Shown: positions 1-11,382 of the stretch, in pieces
Layout: each line of letters begins with the position of its first letter
How positions within the stretch are numbered: the first letter of the stretch is position 1
Source: Patellaria atrata CBS 101060
Lineage: Eukaryota
Assembly: GCA_010093705.1 (NCBI GenBank)
Contig: MU006098.1
Coordinates: forward strand, 634,666 to 698,665
DNA length: 64,000 nt
Direction of reading: 5' to 3'
Made by a program: the position numbers and the translations under genes
Notes under the pieces: model-generated
What the model was told of the DNA's origin: nothing
Seen by the model: the letters and a program-made list of their open reading frames with translations, nothing else
Databases searched by the model: none

Positions 1-1392
1 CATATAAATTGAAGTTTATGAAGATACCAAAATTAGCAGCTGGATCCACCTTCTAGACGCCAACCCTGCAACTGGATCAATAATGTGGGGTACGGTTCAA
101 TTGGGTGCTCTCTTCGACCACCATTGACAAATTATTGCATCAATCGGCACCGGGATAAATGAAGGAGGATGAACATCATTCTCAGATGAGATGATCAAAT
201 GCATCGATGAGACGGAGGACTGGAAAGGAAAGAGAAATTCTTAGAACGTACTGAGTAGGACTATGGCCTCGAAATAACCGAAAGAGAGCTACAACCTACC
301 TAACGACGGGAAGGATATTAAATAATCGTACCTTGTAACATACTAGCAAGATCGTCACAACTCCAGTTTATTGCCCATTCTCAACATTATCTTTTCATAA
401 TGTTCTTTTGCACTGGAACAATCCGTCGGATCTAGTTGAATCGAAACGCATCGATCAGTATGTGAAGGCGATCGCCTATACCACAAATCGCCGCGAATCC
501 CTTTAGAAAGTAAGTATACTCGTATGACCAAGCCGGCGGATATCTATATATTTGTCTAGCTCGATTTTGCCTCAGTTGCAGCATGCAGAAACTCGTAGAA
601 CTGCTCAATTAAGCCGTACAGAAAAGTTAAGATATCGAAGGCGCCAGTGTGACCTGGTTGACGCGAGCGGTAGTTCAATTCGGATTATTTAAGTGAGCAC
701 TTATACGAGAAGGGAACTCCGTACTAGGTACACCTTTGAACTTCTTCCAGAAAAGGTACCGGGTACTGTAAGCATGCAATCTCTAACCCACGTCCGGACG
801 ATTGGAGGCAGCCACTGCGGGGAGAAATGCAAAGTTAGACTTTGTAAAGAGCTGTATGCTTTCTTCATACCTTATGGCATTGTAGCCAGTCAAAATAATG
901 ATGAAGAACAGGTTCGGGAGGGTGAGGGAAAGAATCTGAGAAGTAGGAACAGGAGAAGATCTCTCTTGATCCAGGAGTCGATCGGGCCGAGCAATTATAT
1001 CTTTTCAGTTTGGCATGCTGAATAAGCCTCGAATTCCGCTCCGGGTGCCAAGCCCGCTTTCGTTATTCCCGCCATGAATGAAATTGAACAACACTCCTTC
1101 AAGACACCAGTTCTCGATTCTCATTAAGATGCCTTTCTTCTCCAACTTCCAGATTACTCTCGTTCAAAGCTTCCTCATTTTCCTTTTCTGAGTTTCTAGA
1201 TATTCCCCAGATATGCATTGAAATATAAAATGGAGAAGGCTGGCCCCCAACGGTCTAGAACTTGATGGTACGTACAGTATGTACTTGTAAGGTTTGGACG
1301 CGGGGAGCCTCAGCTTCCATTAGGTTGATCCGTTTCTCTTCAACGAACCGAGATAGACCTTATTAAACACTCAAAATTGAACAACATATCCC

Positions 1393-3159
1393 ATGTCTTT
1401 TGGATTCGGTGTTGGGGACATTGTCACTTGCAGCCGGTTAGCTGTCAAGACATACGATGCTCTCAAATCTGCCCCAAGCGAGTTCGCTGACCTACGCTTG
1501 GAGATCGGAAGTCTCAATTCAACACTCAAGGCTCTTGCTGAGGAAGAGAAGTCACCAACTTCTTTGATACACCTATCTACTCCATCTCGACGTGCTGATC
1601 TTCGTATTATCATCGAGAACTGCAAAACTGGACTAGAAGCTCTTCAGAGTATAGCTTCCAAGTACCATAGCCTTGCACCCTCCGAAAAGACCAGTATAAG
1701 AGAACTATTGCGCTTTGCTGCCAAAGATAAACAGGGTCTAAGAGAAAAATTAGCAATACATACGTCCAGTTTTAACATCTTCTTGACCTCACTAACTCAC
1801 AGCTCACTGGGACGCCTGGAATTTCTGCTCAAGAACTCCCGCCAGTCTACCAATTTTGGAACTACTACACCTGGTCCATATCCTTCTTACCCTTTATTTC
1901 GTCAGATCAATACGAATGTAAGTGCAAACGCAGTTCCTCATGCAAGTCCGAATACAGGGATCTGGTCTTCCATTGGCAGCGAGCTCGCTGCAGAGGGTAT
2001 CACAGATGAACATGCAACAAGATTTCAGGAGGAGATCAAAAGCTATATGCGACATCTCGTACGAGGTGAGGTACCTTTTTGGACATCGCGACCGGCAAAG
2101 GGAAGCGCACCCTCATACCCCACAGGGTCTCTATTTGGCAACCAACCGCAGTCAAATCCGTCACAACCAACATCCCCTGGGCATGGATCTGGATCATTGC
2201 CTTCACCTTTTGGAGGACAACCTGTACAAGGACAAGGCCCACCGTCTTATCCTGGGAGGACATCCGATCCACCACCATCACATTATCCTCAAGAATATTC
2301 CCTGCCACCATCGAATTATCCCCAGGAATATAAGCCCCCACATCGAGGTTCTTCGCTGTACACACAAAGGGCTTACACTGCCACTGTAGAAGAGAAGCTT
2401 CTTCAACGACTTGCCGCTGAAGAAACCAAGAAGAAATCTATCACTCGACAGCTGAGCACGCCAGAGAAAGTGGCCGAAAAACATGAGGTAACGCGAGGAA
2501 AGAAGTCAAGTGCGGTCGACAAGATATCCAGTGTTCTGGACCAAATCTTTGAAATCGAGATCGAGTCACCGGCTGAAGCCGACGCGGAATCAGAGCTTTC
2601 AGCCGAGCCCGAGCCCGCACCGAAACCTCTGAACCCTCCTAGCTACCAGCCACCCCCTAATTACCAGCCATCTCCTATTTACCAGCGCCCCCCTAACTAC
2701 CAGCACCCTCCACTCCCCATCATAGTACCACCACCGCCTCCACCACCGTCACCACCCCAGCGCCCCACAGACCCAGCACAAACGCAGGCAGCGCGCAGAA
2801 TGCTACGGGCGCTAAGGGCCAAACGTCAACACACCCTTTCTTACGATCCTAAGTCTCCCTCAATCACATCCCTCGACGTCGAAGCATCCCAGATCATCCA
2901 ATGGCTCAAGACCGTGGGGGAAACGGTTCCAATGGTCTCCGTGTGGCTGTGGCCCTCGTGCGATGCCTGCGACCTGCCAATCGTCAATGTGTACTTCCAC
3001 TGTCGCACGTGTCAATTGGATGACTGGGACGTGTGCGAGACCTGCTACGAGCAGGGGAAGCGCTGTCTGGACGCGAGACATCGGCTTCAGGAGAGGGATG
3101 CGGCGTATATCGATATGAGTACGAGAGCGTCTAGGGCTAGTGCGTCAAACGCGATATGA
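1393..3159 (+). CDS. Protein with fungal HeLo-like N-terminal domain, Pro-rich linker and C-terminal ZZ-type zinc finger
   Basis: 588-aa intronless ORF. The N-terminus MSFGFGVGDIVTCSRLAVKTYDALKSAPSEFADLRLEI is typical of fungal Helo_like_N domains. The C-terminus CDAC-x9-HCRTC-x5-DVCETC-x6-C-x4-H matches the ZZ zinc-finger pattern. Confidence 0.75.
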   Translation: MSFGFGVGDIVTCSRLAVKTYDALKSAPSEFADLRLEIGSLNSTLKALAEEEKSPTSLIHLSTPSRRADLRIIIENCKTGLEALQSIASKYHSLAPSEKTSIRELLRFAAKDKQGLREKLAIHTSSFNIFLTSLTHSSLGRLEFLLKNSRQSTNFGTTTPGPYPSYPLFRQINTNVSANAVPHASPNTGIWSSIGSELAAEGITDEHATRFQEEIKSYMRHLVRGEVPFWTSRPAKGSAPSYPTGSLFGNQPQSNPSQPTSPGHGSGSLPSPFGGQPVQGQGPPSYPGRTSDPPPSHYPQEYSLPPSNYPQEYKPPHRGSSLYTQRAYTATVEEKLLQRLAAEETKKKSITRQLSTPEKVAEKHEVTRGKKSSAVDKISSVLDQIFEIEIESPAEADAESELSAEPEPAPKPLNPPSYQPPPNYQPSPIYQRPPNYQHPPLPIIVPPPPPPPSPPQRPTDPAQTQAARRMLRALRAKRQHTLSYDPKSPSITSLDVEASQIIQWLKTVGETVPMVSVWLWPSCDACDLPIVNVYFHCRTCQLDDWDVCETCYEQGKRCLDARHRLQERDAAYIDMSTRASRASASNAI

Positions 3160-3962
3160 GGAGTCGGTACGCAGTCGGTATGTTTATGACGGGGGAAGGG
3201 ATGATGCAAGTATTTCTTGATTTTCCTGGTTGACGCTTTTCGGTAGCTGTATGTTAGTTGTACTCTCTCGCACATGGGTTCGTGATTTACAAGGAAGCTC
3301 GTGTCTTAACACTTATACGATAAGTTAAGGGTGGCCTCGCAAAAACGAGGTCCGTCCCATTGGGGTGTAACGACTGCAAGGATGGTAATAAATTACTAGA
3401 AACGATAATTCCATCTTTTTACCTATCATATCAGTCAGTCCTTTGACCTACCTACTACCCATCCCCATCCCCCACCAAATTTCACATCTTACCAGGAGCC
3501 CACAATCCAGCAACCCCTTAAACACCACTCCCATAAGCCTCGCAAAAAAAAAGAAAGAAATGAAATGAAGAGCAAAAAAAGACAAAAGCAAAGAACAAAG
3601 AGCAAATAAACTACGCTAGATTCCGAACTAAGCGAGGTTACGTCACGCCGGCCCGAGCCTTCTTTCAAAATTTGGAGCTTTGGAAATGGAGCTGCCCCGA
3701 GACATTTTGCATCCGGTCACTGTGTGTATACTGTGAATATGTGAACCTGCGTATTTACAAGTACAAGAAGTCACCGACTGTTACCCTCCTCCCAGAACCA
3801 GAAACTAACAGGTCCGATACCTCATCCCTACCGGTGCAAGTCCGCCATCAATCCTCGCATAATCAATTTGGTAGAACATCACTCAACATACCCCCTCTCA
3901 TCCCCCTTTTCCCCCACAACCACAATAATCATATCTTACCCTATCCAACCCGACACGACTGA

Positions 3963-4056
3963 GCCCAGCGGCCCAGCGGCCCAGCGGCCCACAAACCACA
4001 AACCACAAACCACAAACCACAAACCACAAACCACAAACCACAAACCACAAACCACA
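3963..4056. repeat. Compound tandem repeat (GCCCAGCG)x3.5 followed by (ACAAACC)x9
   Basis: Read directly: 8-mer units at 3963-3990 and perfect 7-mer units at 3991-4056. Confidence 0.95.
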
Positions 4057-4636
4057 TCACCAAAGAACGCAAAACCCTCAAACCCTCAAAAGCAGCACCG
4101 AACACCGAATTCCAAGTCCCAAGCCTCAAGCTCCCCTTTCAACTATCTAAAACCGCAGGCTGAGGAATAGCGCGGTGTTTCGCACCCTATTCACCATCCA
4201 TCAGATGTTAAACCGGTAGAAAGTTATAAGGGGGTTTAATAGAGCAGCATCTCCAAGGTTCGCTATTATCGTAAACGAAAACGAGGAAAAAAAAAAATCC
4301 AGACTGATGTGTCCTCTCGTGATGTTCTCGTCCTCGTCGATTTCGACCTCTCCACGATGATGATTGCACGTTGCTTAGGGGTAACACTGCCTTGGGAACA
4401 ATACGACGCTTCCCCGGGAATGATACAGCACCGCAGCATCGAAGGTCAGGTCAGTCTCTCTATCAGACTTATCACAAGAGTAAGGGATGAATTAACTCAT
4501 ATTGTAGAGGGAAGACGAAGCGCAACACAGTCGAGGTAAAGATTTGATTCTCATAATAGCTACTTCAGTGCCCCTAAGCCGCATGGTTGAGCAGCGGCTC
4601 CTATGTTGAATACTTCATAACAAAAGAGAATCAGCA

Positions 4637-5503
4637 TTAAAATCCGCCCGATATCCCATCGCCTTGTTTCAGACCATTACCTTCGTCGTCCCAGGTCTGG
4701 ATAGGGATGAGTGAGCTGTTACTCCTGTTCAATGTCAGCAGGTGTTCGTGGAAAGAGGACCTGTCATGACCAACCTCGGCGTCCTTAACGTCCAAGGAGT
4801 TTATATTGGCCACAATCCACAGCACGAGTCGAGGTACCAGTACGCCAATGACGACTCTAACAACGAACGCTGGTACACCAAGAGTTCCCAACGCCGTCTT
4901 TACAACCTCGTAAATTGCATCGGCAATATTCTGTCCAGACTGAGCGTTGTAGTCAGCCGCCCAAGCTTTGATGTTCACTTGGGTGGCGCGAGGTAGCAGG
5001 TTCCAAACGGCGACGGCGATGTCGTGGAGGCTAGGAAGCTGCTTCCAGGTTGTGACATTGCCGTGGATGTCCAAGATGGGCCAGCCCACATCCTGGAAGA
5101 AGAAGGTTGCAGAACTTTGGTGAAATGGTTTGTACCCATTGTATGTGTGCATGTCAAAGTAGTCGGTCATCCATGCCAAGTTTTCTGTGTCGGTAGGCCA
5201 GGTCCAGTCTGTGTCGGTAGCATCATTGGCAGTGGAGGAGTAACTATCGGCGGCTGCTCTCCTCGAACCGGCCGATAAATGACTGTCTAAATTGGACCCT
5301 TGACCAGCTTTGAAGCTCGATGTCGCCTTATCGCCTGATAAAAATAGTTATGACAGGGTAAATTTGAACGAAAGCCAGTTCACTTACCGATGAATCCTGG
5401 GAAAATTTTTCCAATAATATGCAACTCTATGGTGAAAGCAATCAGTATGGTACCACGCCATGGAATTATTTAAGAGTAGTGGTTTACTTGCTGAGTCTGA
5501 CAT
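4637..5503 (-). CDS. Hypothetical protein, 3 exons, with a hydrophobic/amphipathic segment in the C-terminal half
   Basis: ATG at 5503. Introns at ~5427-5487 (GTAAAC..CTGAT..TAG) and 5335-5387 (GTAAGT..CAG) splice in frame to give MSDSAKLHIIGKIFPGFIGDKATSS..., continuous with ORF 4637..5179. Confidence 0.7.
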
Positions 5504-8500
5504 AGTTACAGTGAGACAAATGGTTCTTAACTACTGGAAAGTTCTCGAAGAGGTCGATTATATGGGGAACGAGTTGAGAGAGCCATCCTAAGAAGCGCGA
5601 AAACGATGGCGAAATATATAGACAAGTGCTGGAAATCTGCGCATCCATTACCACGCAAATCATCTGCTCCTAGGAGTAATTGCTTTATTAAATTACAGCA
5701 TTAAACTTTCTCGTCTAAGTGAAGCTGTAGGTGAATCCTTAGCATGAGTGCATGCGGTATGTGAAAGAGGCGTCCAAATGCAGAGTGAAAGTATAAAGTT
5801 CCGCGAGCAAGTGAGGAGGAGGGATTGAGTGGAAGGCATGATTGAAGAAAGGTAGAAAGGGGAGAGAAGCGAAACTTGCTCATACAGAGCTGCAGCAAAA
5901 TCGCTGGCTTCCGTGCTCTGATAAAGCCGGGTAAGGGAATTGAAAGGATAAAGAGTGGAGAAGATACTTAAACGGTGCAGATCGAGACTTCGAGCGGTTG
6001 AAGTATCCTGATTACATATTTATCGAGTGCTTGATGCATTGCCTACTTTTGTCCGATGCGTCGAACCTTCCACACTTCTTACGCCCGACTAACCCAGGAG
6101 GCCATCACGCCGTGTTACACTATACGCATAACTCCTTTATCAAGAGAGAAAGCTCAAGAATGCCCCAATCTTCGGTCCGCTGTCGAAAGGCTTGATGAGT
6201 CTCTTCAGAGATGAATACGTGTCAGCTGGGCAAGGACCAGAACCATTATTCTCAATCCAGTCAGAGTTGAGCCAAACGACCGGAAGCTTGTACCGAAGAT
6301 ATGTGAACCAATTCTTCTACTGTGAGAGCTTTGGTGCCATGGGCTCATAAAAATCATCAGTGAGGATTTATCGTACTGAGTTCATTATTAGATAACGTAC
6401 GCGGCTGGGAATGAGGACAGCTCCATAAAGACCGATGAGATACATTGATATCCTAGCGTATCCCAGGTCACAAAAAGAACTGGTCCCATTTGATTTGGGT
6501 CTGCTTCCATGCTTTCTTCCTCTGGGGATGCGCAGACTGTGCATTGGAAAAGACTTCTTTCATACACGAAAGAGGAAAGAAAGGTCAAAACAGATCGTAC
6601 CCACACATTTGCAGAACCTTTTGGGGCTGTGTGAAATGAAAAGAGATGCCGAGTGCTTATGAATCCTAGTGGAGGGAATGAATAATTGAATGAAAATGAG
6701 ACGCTTGTATAGACCTTGCCTATGCACTGCTGATGCTTGACTTTGCACTGCTCTGGAACACACGCAGACCCGTGCGGCATTTTTTGTTCAATCATGTCTT
6801 TTCTCAAACCCATACTTGCCGGCCAACCGGGCGAAAATCGTGCAGTTCTGATGGTTGTCGTTCGGGACAAGTAAAGTGGTGCTGTAGGGATTTGCCATTC
6901 GGCGGCCTATTCGCAGAGTCAAGGAGTTCAAAGTGTCCACCATGTCGATATTGCCAGCATGAAGTATAAGAGCCGGGAGCAAGATCGAAATGTCTTACAG
7001 GCCCGGTGAAGGACCTTTGAGTTGGGAGATGTGTGTGGTGATACAAAGCTTGGCCTCCTTCAGCTGTTATCAAGATTTCCTTGTCAGCGCAATTACTCTT
7101 AAAGAGTTGAATTGAGAGGGGTTAAGGTAGCCGCATCTTCGAAGTCCAAAATCAAAGTCAAAGTCAAAGTCTAGGAGGCTACAGATGAGGTGAACTCAGA
7201 TGAAAGTCATCGTCCCCCTCCGACGTCATCACGATGGTTGTGTGCGCCTTCCCAAAGGGTAACACTTCCATTACCTACACCTTCCCTCTCCGTCTCTAAG
7301 AAAACGTCAGTATTTCCCGTCATCTCACTTGCAAAATGACTTCCTATCATAACCACCTCACTAAGCAACCTCAACGTCTTTGGGTTGATGTTTTGGGAAC
7401 CCAAGGATTCCTTTGATAGTGCTACCCTTTTGAGAGGCGCCCCCTTTTGACTGGCTGACTCGAAGATTTTTCGGAATCTTGAAACAATTGTCACCACGAG
7501 TCAAGGCATCAGACGAACCATTCCCTGATTTCTCCCACTACTACTCTAAGACTGGTATGTGATGCAGAACGGTGACGAACTGAGAACGACATGGAGTTCG
7601 ACGATGTTGAAGTCGGCTCAAGGGGTTGCTGATCGGTGATGCTAGTGCGCTTTCCCCCTTGGCGAAGGGACCCCTCAGTCTCCTCGAACCTGTTTGCAAA
7701 TCTCTTCTATCAACCAACCAAGAGTCCCGTGAGGAAGGAGGAAAGTGGCAATCTTATCAATGACCCGACCGGCCGCTAATCCTAGGTACGGGCCGAGGAG
7801 AGTTAAGCAGAGGCGGTAGCCTGCGAGTCGTCGTTTCAGCAAAGAATTGACGAACAGGAGGAGGCTTGTGCCTCTTTTGGTGAGTGCTTGTCATGGTCTT
7901 GTGCATGTGCCCCAGTGCCCCCCAGTGCCCGATGCAGCATGAGACACGGAGCGATGAGTTGTCATTGCATACCCGTGGTGGATATGTAAGGTACCATCAA
8001 CACATCTAACAACTTTATAAGGACGGCGTCGACCTTCTGAGCATCTGTTCCTGTATCATCTCTTTTGTCAACTTCGCCTTCACGTATAAGTCATAATGAT
8101 ACATGGAAAAAGACGCTGAAAACGAGACGGCGGCGGGCCCTGCGATGACACCCACACCTCAGGAGCTGCAACACGGTGAAATGCCACCACTAGCGCCCCC
8201 TCGTCAGCGAACAGAAACCTGATCACATGGACTCTTTTTGGCCCGAATTCGGACGCCATGCCAGGCCCGACTGCGAGTTTCTGGTAGTCTAACAAGTAAC
8301 AAGAGTAAGAACAGGCTCTGACAGTCTATTTGCTGCCACCTTGACTTCCAATCCAACCCACCATGAATCCGAATCACGATTCCATTGGCCGCCAACATCC
8401 GAGAGCTCACTTTGGAAGGAGCGAGGTGCCCCTGTTCCGTCTCGAGCGCATGCCTTTCCTAGTGCTGCTTTTGTAAGGGAGTTCTAGCCAAGATCGGACT

Positions 8501-8532
8501 GACACAACCCCTCCAAAGCCTACCCACCCACT

Positions 8533-8533
<1 letters not shown>

Positions 8534-8563
<30 letters not shown>
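8534..8563. repeat. Poly-C homopolymer (~30 nt)
   Basis: Direct read, about 280 bp upstream of the 8844 ORF. Confidence 0.9.
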
Positions 8564-8566
<3 letters not shown>

Positions 8567-8843
8567 CTCCCCGTAAAGCCCGTCGCATCTCCTCATGTGC
8601 CTGACTCTCGCACAGCCGCAGGACGTCATGCTGGCCAGAGTTAAAACACGCGGGTCGCGCTCGGGATGCCGTCGTGTCACTTATCTGCTTCCTTATCGCC
8701 TGTCACATGCCTTCCTGCCATCACTTCCATCTGCTCTCTTCGCGACTATCCGTACGAGGGAGATGTACTAGCTACTACTAACTTCCTGTTATACCCCAAA
8801 TGCCCGGATTTCCCTCTTCCGCCTTGTACTCTTTACCGGCGCT

Positions 8844-9857
8844 ATGTGCTGGTTATGGCCCTCGTTCGGAAAATCCGAAGAGAAGAAAAAGAAGAAAGCC
8901 TCTACCGTACCCGGAAAGCAGAAGAAAGATGAACGGAAACAAGACAGCGAAAGGCGCACAAGTCGTGCTCATCGGTCTCGCGATCCCGATAGACCATCCC
9001 GGCGTAGATCGGTCTCTCGCGACAACAGCAATCGCAAATTCTACAACCTCGACACCAGAACTCCAGCCCACCAGCCAGCGCAACCAGAACCTCTTGCGCC
9101 GGAAACCCCGCGCAGCTCGAGACGCAAGAACAAGACGTCCCGCGAAACCGACTCCCCGTGCAGTCCCAAGTCAAAGCCATCCACCGAAAGAAGCCCACCT
9201 CGCAAACTAACCCAGAAACCCTCCCGTCCACCACCTTCGCGCGCCTCCCCCAAGAAAGATCCGTCCAAGCGCTACGCGCGCCACTACCAGAGCCCCTACC
9301 TCCACCCCTCCCACTCCTCCAGCTCCGGCGAAGCACTCCTAAACCCGCGCCCAGACCGTCCCCTCCGCCACCGCCGCCAGCACCTCCAAACCCGCCCCGT
9401 GGGTCCTCTCCGCGGCGCCGGCGCAAAGCGCGATCCCGGCAACTCACCCCCCGGCACGCGCAGACGTGAGCACAGACGCCGAGACAGTGGCGCCTACACG
9501 CGCCTCGAGAGTCCCGGCGCGCCTAGGAAAGCGTCGCGGCCGGAACGGGAGCGTGGTGACCGGGAGCGTACGGAAGATGATGGGGGCCGAAGACATCACC
9601 GGGATGACTCGGCCCGGAGTAAAGACCATCGGAGCCACCGACGCAATGCGCCTAACTCCTCCGCGCGCCGCATGCCCGAGACGAGCTTTGCCGTCCGCGC
9701 TGCGACGGTGCGCGCGCTGCAGGATTTGAGAGAGGAGGCGCTGCTTAGTCCGTCGCCGCCGCCGAGGAGGAGGAGGGTCGGGTTTAGGGAGCCTTTGGAG
9801 TCTGGGGCGCGGGAAAGGACGAGAGGGGGTGTAGGGGGGACGCCGTGGTATTGTTGA
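8844..9857 (+). CDS. Arg/Ser/Pro-rich low-complexity hypothetical protein
   Basis: 337-aa GC-rich ORF starting with ATG and followed by a T-rich 3' region. No recognisable domain. Confidence 0.55.
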   Translation: MCWLWPSFGKSEEKKKKKASTVPGKQKKDERKQDSERRTSRAHRSRDPDRPSRRRSVSRDNSNRKFYNLDTRTPAHQPAQPEPLAPETPRSSRRKNKTSRETDSPCSPKSKPSTERSPPRKLTQKPSRPPPSRASPKKDPSKRYARHYQSPYLHPSHSSSSGEALLNPRPDRPLRHRRQHLQTRPVGPLRGAGAKRDPGNSPPGTRRREHRRRDSGAYTRLESPGAPRKASRPERERGDRERTEDDGGRRHHRDDSARSKDHRSHRRNAPNSSARRMPETSFAVRAATVRALQDLREEALLSPSPPPRRRRVGFREPLESGARERTRGGVGGTPWYC

Positions 9858-11382
9858 CGGGGATGCATTTTTCGGTCGCATGGGGAGTTTTTTTTTTCTT
9901 TTTTTTTGGGTTGTTCTGGGGTTGGGGGGAGGGGGGGGAAAGGTGTCTGCATGGTAGATCGGGACGGTGTATATATGGATCTTTACTCCACTATACGGTA
10001 GTGGTACGCTTTCGGGTTCGGGATGGAATGGGCTTCTTTTTTTTTTGGTTTGGGTTCGGAGTCTTGGATGGTAATTAATGGGGACCATACAGTAAGGTAG
10101 TGATAGGTTGGATACCGGGAAATAATTCAACGGCCGACATGGTCGGATGTCACTTGTTGAACCGTCGTAGGACGTTGTTTAAATCGACCGATATCTGCCA
10201 TCTGATGGCTATATCGGGTTTAGAGCGGTTCTACGGCTGGCTGCAGAGCCGAGACAATGAGGAATAAGGTAGGTACGGCAAAAGGTTTAGACCGGCTGTG
10301 CAGCCAACCTGTGTATGATACCGTAGGAATTCTATATTAGAGTTTCCTGTCACCAAGTTCAGCATTTGGCCTTTCTTACACCCGCTAACGCCTACACCGG
10401 CGCACTGGTAGTTTCCATCCGGAACCGCCTGGATACTCTTTCGGTAGTCTGAGCATTTCGTGCGGCATGATCAGTGAATAACTCCGTATAGTCCCATCAA
10501 TTCGTGTAGTATGATCAGCTAGCACAGTCTTATCGCTTCGCACTGTACTGTACATATACATTCGGTACCTTATAATCTCACCATTTCATACCGTACAGTA
10601 CAGTTATATATTTCCATATACCCAGAGTATAGATAGTATCCATGCTACTGCCAGTCTTTGCGTGCAATAAGATCTTTCCATAACATACAGATACCGCTCA
10701 GAATACGGCGAGCCCATCCCGTCCCGTCCCATCCCATACAACTAGACTAATTAATCCTCCGCTTGTGCGGTAAGTGTACTGTATAGCGAGGACATTGGGT
10801 ACTCTGCTATTGGTATAGATGGGAAAGGTAATACTTATTCGAACTGTTGCTCGTAAACCGGTTGTAGGAGCATAGAGGACACTCTGATGTACTATGAGCG
10901 GTGAGGCTACTATATGGAGGGGAATAACGACGCTTTTTTTCGCTGTAGTATGCTCAAGACTGTCTCTAAGTGCTGGAGACTGGACCCCGAAGAATCCGTC
11001 TTGTCGGCTTGGCAGATCTGTTCTTTCCTTTCATGTTTCTGGTTTCTGACCTTGGATCCAAGATAAGAGGTTTAGCCTACTCCAGACTTTGTGGAGGATA
11101 TCAAAATAGACTCTTCCCTATCCAGTATCACTCTCGTAGTTCCGAAAGCCGGGTCAAGAGATCTTTCTAGAAGGTCGTAGAGAGCAGGAGACTGGAACGC
11201 TGCGGAGTTCTATGTTCACTGTTCCAGGGAGTGCATGTTTCGGGGTAGTTCAGCAGTTCAGTAGCGTCTTAATAACCTTGGGAGATTTTCTGCGCATTGG
11301 GAGCTCGCTCCCTGACATCCTATATTATTCCCCTGTTGACCTCTTGAGTCTGAAGGGTCCTTCAAAATCTATCGCCCTCTTT

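Noticed and set aside
693..1025. 110-aa ORF
   Set aside because: GTG start, no recognisable motif, and it lies in the upstream region of the 1393 gene.
3868..4170. ORFs with TTNHKPQ / VVCGLWF repeats
   Set aside because: Translation artefacts of the (ACAAACC)n microsatellite. The repeat is also not the fungal telomere unit TTAGGG.
6388..7497. Cluster of short minus-strand ORFs that might be a decayed gene
   Set aside because: I could not build a consistent splice model or recognise a domain.
8902..10130. Long antisense and alternate-frame ORFs over the 8844 gene
   Set aside because: Expected shadow ORFs in GC-rich, low-complexity coding DNA.
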